Below the pieces are notes generated by a model. That model was not told the DNA's origin, did no database searches, and worked only from the letters and a program-made list of their open reading frames with translations. A program made the position numbers and the translations under genes. Below are positions 59,677 through 64,000 of a DNA stretch of 64,000 nt, piece by piece. Positions within the stretch are counted from its first letter, which is position 1, and every line of letters starts with the position of its first letter. Origin of the DNA: an uncultured Desulfohalobiaceae bacterium (GTDB lineage: Bacteria > Desulfobacterota > Desulfovibrionia > Desulfovibrionales > Desulfothermaceae); the NCBI GenBank assembly GCA_964573115.1, contig CAZNIP010000004.1, positions 1,190 through 65,189 of the forward strand, in the 5' to 3' direction.

Positions 59677-60528
59677 TCAGCGCCGCTTTTGCATTCTGGA
59701 CCGGATGATGATGGCCAGCAGGTTCATGCCCACGACCAGGGCCATCAAAACCAGAGCCGTGCCGTACTGCAGGTGCCTGGTGGCCTCGATGTTCGTTCCG
59801 GCAGTGGCCAGAACATAGATGTGATACGGCAGGGCCATGACATCGTCGAAGATGGAGGTCGGCAGCTGCCTGGTATAGTACACGGCTGCCGTGAACATGA
59901 TCGGGGCGGTCTCCCCGGCAGCCCTGCTCAAACCGAGGATGAGCCCGGTGAGCATGTTCGGCAGCGCGGCCGGCAGGACCACCTTGTAGATGGTCTGCCA
60001 TTTCGTGGCCCCCAGGGCAAGAGAGGCCTCCCGATAAGTCTGGGGGATGGCCCGCAGGGACTCCTCAGCCGTGCCGATGATCAGCGGGAGGATGAAAGCT
60101 CCCAGGGTCAGAGCCCCGGAAACGATGCTCACGCCAAGCTTGAGCCAGGTCACGAAAAAGGCCAGCCCGAAGAGGCCGTAGACCACCGACGGGACGCCGG
60201 CCAGATTGTTGATCCCCAGCCTGATGATGCGCAGCCAGGGACCTGGCCTGGCGTACTCGTTGAGATAGATGGCCGTGGCCACTCCAAGGGGAAAGGCCAC
60301 GGTGATCGATCCCAGGCTGAGGTAGACGGTCCCCATGATGCAGGGCAGGATGCCTCCTTCAGTCATGGCCTCCCTGGGAGGCTGGGAGAGGAAGGTCCAG
60401 TTGATGGCCCCGATGCCCTGGACGGCGATGAACAGCAGAAAAATGAACAGCGCCACGACATTGATGTAGATGGCCAGCCTGATGACTGAGAAGGCGATGA
60501 ATTGGCTGCGTTTTCTCGACTCTTGCAC
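59677..60528 (-). CDS. pstA: phosphate ABC transporter permease PstA
   Basis: 283 aa and polytopic. The EAA-type loop reads EASLALGATKWQTIYKVVLPAA. It is the second permease in pstSCAB order. Confidence 0.9.
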   Translation of the reverse strand: MQESRKRSQFIAFSVIRLAIYINVVALFIFLLFIAVQGIGAINWTFLSQPPREAMTEGGILPCIMGTVYLSLGSITVAFPLGVATAIYLNEYARPGPWLRIIRLGINNLAGVPSVVYGLFGLAFFVTWLKLGVSIVSGALTLGAFILPLIIGTAEESLRAIPQTYREASLALGATKWQTIYKVVLPAALPNMLTGLILGLSRAAGETAPIMFTAAVYYTRQLPTSIFDDVMALPYHIYVLATAGTNIEATRHLQYGTALVLMALVVGMNLLAIIIRSRMQKRR

Positions 60529-60570
60529 AACGTCCTCGACTGTTCAGATCTGAGTTGACACGATGGAATT

Positions 60571-61464
60571 CTAAAGCGTCGCGGCTCCGACCTGCTTGTG
60601 CTTGTGGGCCAGGTGGTCGGCGATGAGATTGAAAATAAAGGTGAAGACGAACAGGACCAGACCGATGCCGAACAGGGAGTGATAGTGGTTGCTCCGGAAT
60701 GGGGCTTCGGCCATTTCCGCGGCAATGGAGGCCGGCATGGGTCTGACCGGATCAAAGATCGATTCAGGGATCATGGCCGCTCCTCCGGCGACCATGAGCA
60801 CGACCATGGTCTCCCCGATGGCCCGGGCAATGCCCAGGATGACTGCGGTGGATATGCCGGACAGCGAGGCCGGCAGGATGACCCGATAGATGGTCTCCCA
60901 CTGTGTGGCCCCCAGGGCCATGGAGGCTTCCCTCATTTCCCCGGGAACGCTGTAAATCGCGTCTTCGGACACACTGGTGATGGTGGGCACGGCCATGAAG
61001 GCCAGCATCAGGGACGCGTTGAACATGTTCAGGCCAGTGGCGATGCCCAGGAGGTCCTGCAGCAGCGGGGCCACGACAACCATGCCGAAGAACCCGATGA
61101 CCACGGTGGGCAGGCCTTCAATGAGCTCGATGATCGGCTTGACCACGGCCCTGACCCGGGGATTGGCGATCTCGGCCAGGTAGATCGCGCTCCCGATGCC
61201 CAGTGGGATGGCGATCAGGGACGACAGGGCGGTCACGGCCATGGAGCCGACGATCAAGGGGAGGATCCCGAAGTCCGGCGGGTCATAGGTCGGATACCAG
61301 AGCGTGCCGAAGAGAAAATCGGTCACCGAGACCTTGGTGAAGATGGGCACCCCTTCCAGAAAGAGAAAGAGCAGAATCAAGGCCAGGATGATGATTCCGC
61401 TCGCTCCGACGATAAAGAAGAAAGAATGGATGCCACGTTCTTTGATTTGACTTGGCGCAGCCAT
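60571..61464 (-). CDS. pstC: phosphate ABC transporter permease PstC
   Basis: 297 aa with EASMALGATQWETIYRVILPAS. It is the first permease after pstS. Confidence 0.9.
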   Translation of the reverse strand: MAAPSQIKERGIHSFFFIVGASGIIILALILLFLFLEGVPIFTKVSVTDFLFGTLWYPTYDPPDFGILPLIVGSMAVTALSSLIAIPLGIGSAIYLAEIANPRVRAVVKPIIELIEGLPTVVIGFFGMVVVAPLLQDLLGIATGLNMFNASLMLAFMAVPTITSVSEDAIYSVPGEMREASMALGATQWETIYRVILPASLSGISTAVILGIARAIGETMVVLMVAGGAAMIPESIFDPVRPMPASIAAEMAEAPFRSNHYHSLFGIGLVLFVFTFIFNLIADHLAHKHKQVGAATL

Positions 61465-61538
61465 AAGGTCCCCGTCTGCGGTTCGTGATGAGAAAAAGAG
61501 AGGTGGTCAGGAGTCCCGTCTGTTCGGGCCGGAAAAGG

Positions 61539-61567
61539 GGGAGGACCTGAAGGGATCAAGTCCTCCC
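61539..61567 (-). terminator. intra-operon hairpin after pstS (attenuator candidate)
   Basis: The minus strand reads GGGAGGAC-ttgatcccttcag-GTCCTCCC followed by CCTTTTCC. Confidence 0.5.
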
Positions 61568-61588
61568 GCTGAGCAGTCTCGTGCGTGT

Positions 61589-62404
61589 TTAGTACAGGGA
61601 GACGTAGCCGACTTCATCCACGAAGGGCTGACCCTTGTCCGGGTGCAGCACATAGTTGATGAACAGCTTGGTCTCGCCGGTCGGCCAGCCGTCGGTGAAC
61701 ATGTACAGGGTCCTGGAAACAGGGTACTCGCCGGAGGAGGTGGTGGCCTTGGTGCCCAGCACCCCATTAACAGAGACGTTCTTGAGGTCCTTGTTCAGGT
61801 AGCCGATCCCGATGTAGCCGATGGCGTTCTTGTTCTTGGCCACGGCCTGAGCCACTGCGCCGTTGGAGGCCAGGAGCTGAGCCCTGGGGGTGACCCTGGC
61901 GCCTTCGAGGACGATGTCTTCCCAGACTTCATAGGTTCCGGAGGAGGTGTCCCTGGAGATGACCACGATGGGCCGGTCAGGCCCGCCGACGTCCTGCCAG
62001 TTTTCAACCTCGCCCTCGTAGATGGCCTTGAGTTGGCCATGAGAGAGGTCAGACACGGAGTTGCTGGGGTGGACCACAGGGATGATGCTGTCCAGGGCCA
62101 CACCAAAGGGGACCGGGTAGTGACCGTTGTCCACGGCCCGCTTGACTTCCTTGTCCTTGATGAACCTGGAGGCGTCGGCAATGTCCGTGGTCCCGTCGAT
62201 CAGGGCCTTGATCCCGTTCCCGGAACCGCCGCCGGAGATGGACACGTCGATGTCAGGGTACTGATCCATGAACTTTTCAGCCACTTTCTGGGCAATGGGC
62301 AGGACCGTTGTTGAACCTTTGATCACCACTGAACCGGCGAGCACCGGAGCAGCGCAGAGACTCAGACCAACAAAGACAACCAGTGCTGCTAAACTCCTTC
62401 GCAT
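61589..62404 (-). CDS. pstS: phosphate-binding protein PstS (PBP-like, PhoT family)
   Basis: Signal peptide, then GSTTVLPIAQKVAEKF...SGGGSGNGIKALIDGTTDIA...SRDTSSGT. Confidence 0.9.
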   Translation of the reverse strand: MRRSLAALVVFVGLSLCAAPVLAGSVVIKGSTTVLPIAQKVAEKFMDQYPDIDVSISGGGSGNGIKALIDGTTDIADASRFIKDKEVKRAVDNGHYPVPFGVALDSIIPVVHPSNSVSDLSHGQLKAIYEGEVENWQDVGGPDRPIVVISRDTSSGTYEVWEDIVLEGARVTPRAQLLASNGAVAQAVAKNKNAIGYIGIGYLNKDLKNVSVNGVLGTKATTSSGEYPVSRTLYMFTDGWPTGETKLFINYVLHPDKGQPFVDEVGYVSLY

Positions 62405-62469
62405 AGTGTACCTCCTTCAAAGTTGGTAAAAAAAGTGAAACCTACCGCTTGAAAAGAAGTACGTGCGCT

Positions 62470-62511
62470 CTGTCACGATCCTATGACCCTTTTGTTACAA
62501 TTCTGTGACAC
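62470..62511. promoter_or_regulatory. Pho-box array upstream of pstS (four half-sites in 11-bp phase)
   Basis: The + strand reads CTGTCAC gatc CTATGAC cctt TTGTTAC aatt CTGTGAC, starting at 62470, 62481, 62492 and 62503. The core GTnAC is quasi-palindromic, so the minus strand also reads GTGTCAC/TTGTAAC/GGGTCAT/TCGTGAC in phase. The array lies 66-107 nt upstream of the pstS ATG. Confidence 0.6.
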
Positions 62512-62700
62512 ATTCCAGGATTTGAAAACATCTGGGATTTTTTTGTCTTCAGCAGGACCTCATTGACGCTTTGAAAAATTGCCCTTTTGAGTCCATGCCT
62601 GTGGTGTGTGAGCTGTCGGCCCTTTTGAGACGTGTGGCCGGTGGGCAGCTCTTGTGGGTCTGACGGTGAGGTTGAGAGAAGTATGACGATCAGGTGACGG

Positions 62701-63381
62701 TCAAAAACCCGACTCCAGGGATGGACTGACGATGTGGTCAACCCGGACTTCCCCCATGGATGTGGAGGGATCTGCGACCAGGCTGACCCTGCCCTGCTCG
62801 ATCCTCAGCCTGTCCCGGGCCAGCCACTGGATGGCCTGAGGGTAAATGCGATGCTCGATCTCCAGGATTCTGTCCGCCAGCTCTTGCGCTGACTCCTCAG
62901 GATCCACTGCCAGAGCCCCCTGGATGATGATCGGGCCGTGATCGAGATGTTCGTCCACAAAGTGGACCGTGGCCCCGGAAATCCGGGCTCCATACTCCGC
63001 AGCCCGGATCTGGGCGTGGACGCCCTTGAAGGCCGGCAGCAGGGAGGGGTGGATGTTCAGGATCCGCCGGGGAAAGGCCTGGACAAACCTCGAGCTGACC
63101 AGCCGCATGTAGCCTGCCAGACAGACCGCGTGAACCCCGTGGTCGCGAAGACAGGCGATCAGGGCACCATCGTGCTCCTGCCTGGCGGCGTAGTCGGCGT
63201 GATCGAGAGTCCGGGTCCGCAGACCGTGCTTCCGGGCCCGGGCCAGTCCCCCGGCATGGTGAACATTGGAGATCACGACCTCGATCCGGGCGTCGAGGAC
63301 CCCCTCCTCGATGCGGTCGATGATGGCCTGCAGGTTGGACCCGTTTCCGGACAGGAGGACTCCAAGGCAGAGGGGCATCAA
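62701..63381 (-). CDS. purN: phosphoribosylglycinamide formyltransferase
   Basis: GVLLSGNGSNLQAIID...VCLAGYMRL...ILNIHPSLLPAFKG...SGATVHFVDEHLDHGPII. Confidence 0.9.
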   Translation of the reverse strand: MMPLCLGVLLSGNGSNLQAIIDRIEEGVLDARIEVVISNVHHAGGLARARKHGLRTRTLDHADYAARQEHDGALIACLRDHGVHAVCLAGYMRLVSSRFVQAFPRRILNIHPSLLPAFKGVHAQIRAAEYGARISGATVHFVDEHLDHGPIIIQGALAVDPEESAQELADRILEIEHRIYPQAIQWLARDRLRIEQGRVSLVADPSTSMGEVRVDHIVSPSLESGF

Positions 63382-63418
63382 ACTCTCCCTGTTCTCTTGT
63401 ATAACACGACAGAATTCG

Positions 63419-63530
63419 TCCTGATCAAACTGGCCGGGTTGCGTATTCCTTGGTCATCAGGTTGAGTCTTTTCTGCCTTCAACCATCCACCCTCAACCCT
63501 CGACCTTCAGTGCTGCCAGCGGCAGCACTG
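63419..63530. repeat. partial mosaic repeat (module-B 3' end + CCTCAACC repeats + hairpin)
   Basis: tcctgatcaaactgg ... ccttcaaccatccaccctcaaccctcgaccttc followed by CAGTGCTGCC-agc-GGCAGCACTG. The module order is the same as at 48200-48323. Confidence 0.75.
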
Positions 63531-63532
63531 AT

Positions 63533-64000
63533 TCACGAAGTTTTGGCAACCGCATCTTCCAGGGCCCGGGCCAATGCAGGGATGGTATAGCTCTCCGGCG
63601 CGATGTCGGCCTGAAATCCGAAGCTCTCCAGGGTCCTGGCCGTGATCGGCCCGATGCAGGCCAGGCTGACCTTCCCGGATTGAACGTGGGGCCGCAGCTG
63701 CTCCGGAGCGAGCAGGGAAAAGAAATTGGACACTGTGGAGGAGCTGGTGAAGGTCACGAACTGAATGCTGCCCTCGTCCATGGCCTTGAGAATGGGATCG
63801 GCACTCTTCTCGGCCAGGGCGGTCCTGTAGACCGGGAGGATCCTGACTCTGGCTCCGGCTCTGCGCAGTTCCTCCGGGAGCACCTCCCTGGCCGTCTCCG
63901 CCCTGGGAATGAGCACCTGCTTGTCTTCGACCCCCAGCTCCACCAGGCCCTGAACCACGGACTCGGCCACATACCTGTCCGGAACAAAGTCCGGGCTGAT
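63533..64000 (-). CDS. hemD: uroporphyrinogen-III synthase domain (HemD), 5' part beyond the window
   Basis: The ORF is open to the right edge. ...LIPRAETAREVLPEELRRAGARVRILPVYRT...QFVTFTSSSTVSNFF...LACIGPITARTLE. It may be the C-terminal half of a CobA/HemD fusion. Confidence 0.75.
   Translation of the reverse strand: MSPDFVPDRYVAESVVQGLVELGVEDKQVLIPRAETAREVLPEELRRAGARVRILPVYRTALAEKSADPILKAMDEGSIQFVTFTSSSTVSNFFSLLAPEQLRPHVQSGKVSLACIGPITARTLESFGFQADIAPESYTIPALARALEDAVAKTS

Noticed and set aside
1-64000. Search for mobile-element, prophage, defence-system, rRNA/tRNA or CRISPR signatures.
   Set aside because: I recognised no integrase, transposase, phage structural, restriction-modification, toxin-antitoxin or cas-like translation in any frame. 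I also saw no tRNA-like cloverleaf region. The window looks like core chromosome decorated with small repeats.

Overview
About 60% GC, densely coding, and it looks chromosomal. The gene content suggests a sulfate/sulfur-metabolising deltaproteobacterium (Desulfovibrionales-like), but that taxon is a guess from content only. I found no rRNA, tRNA, CRISPR array, transposase or integrase. Many long ORFs in the six-frame track are antisense artefacts of the high GC.

Main blocks:
(1) 1-15.3 kb is a sigma-54-controlled sulfur/electron-transfer region. It holds tusA x2, DsrE-like x3 and CBS proteins on the + strand. They converge on a minus-strand operon encoding a cytochrome c-rhodanese fusion, YeeE, a multihaem cytochrome, a Rieske protein, cytochrome b and a second multihaem cytochrome. 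Two PAS/sigma-54 activators flank the region.
(2) 15.4-21.5 kb encodes MarR, an MMPL/RND transporter, a LolA-like protein and an outer-membrane barrel.
(3) 21.9-26.5 kb is a thiol/redox cluster: DUF2892, thioredoxin, a BART permease-Usp fusion, DUF302, a NifU-like protein and a peroxiredoxin with an in-frame TGA at the peroxidatic Cys position (probable selenoprotein).
(4) 27.6-32.5 kb encodes a Pho-box-preceded alkaline phosphatase, YibE/F and two MBL hydrolases.
(5) 32.6-36.7 kb encodes a LarA-like protein, a CoA-disulfide-reductase-like flavoprotein and a third sigma-54 activator.
(6) 36.9-43.4 kb encodes a NifX-like protein, two tandem DUF5320 proteins, a radical SAM protein, an Rrf2 regulator and MetV-like/HdrA-like/HdrA-MvhD proteins.
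(7) 43.6-48 kb encodes a REC-TPR protein, a class II photolyase and a rhodanese-ferritin-like fusion.
(8) 48.3-62.5 kb is one long co-directional minus-strand array, pstSCAB-phoB-phoR-phoU. It is followed by a seven-gene set I recognise as the functionally uncharacterised GAK neighbourhood: XXXCH protein, an orphan, an amphi-Trp protein, a PhoU-kinase fusion, an ATP-grasp enzyme, HprK-related kinase B and a CofD-like protein.
(9) purN and a partial hemD lie at the right edge.

Intergenic regions carry a mosaic repeat family and a family of hairpins with a conserved GCC-AGA-GGC apex.

Best candidates for novel biology are the GAK cluster wired behind the Pho genes, the Rieske/cyt b/multihaem/rhodanese-cytochrome/YeeE operon, and the DUF5320/NifX-like/radical-SAM cluster.
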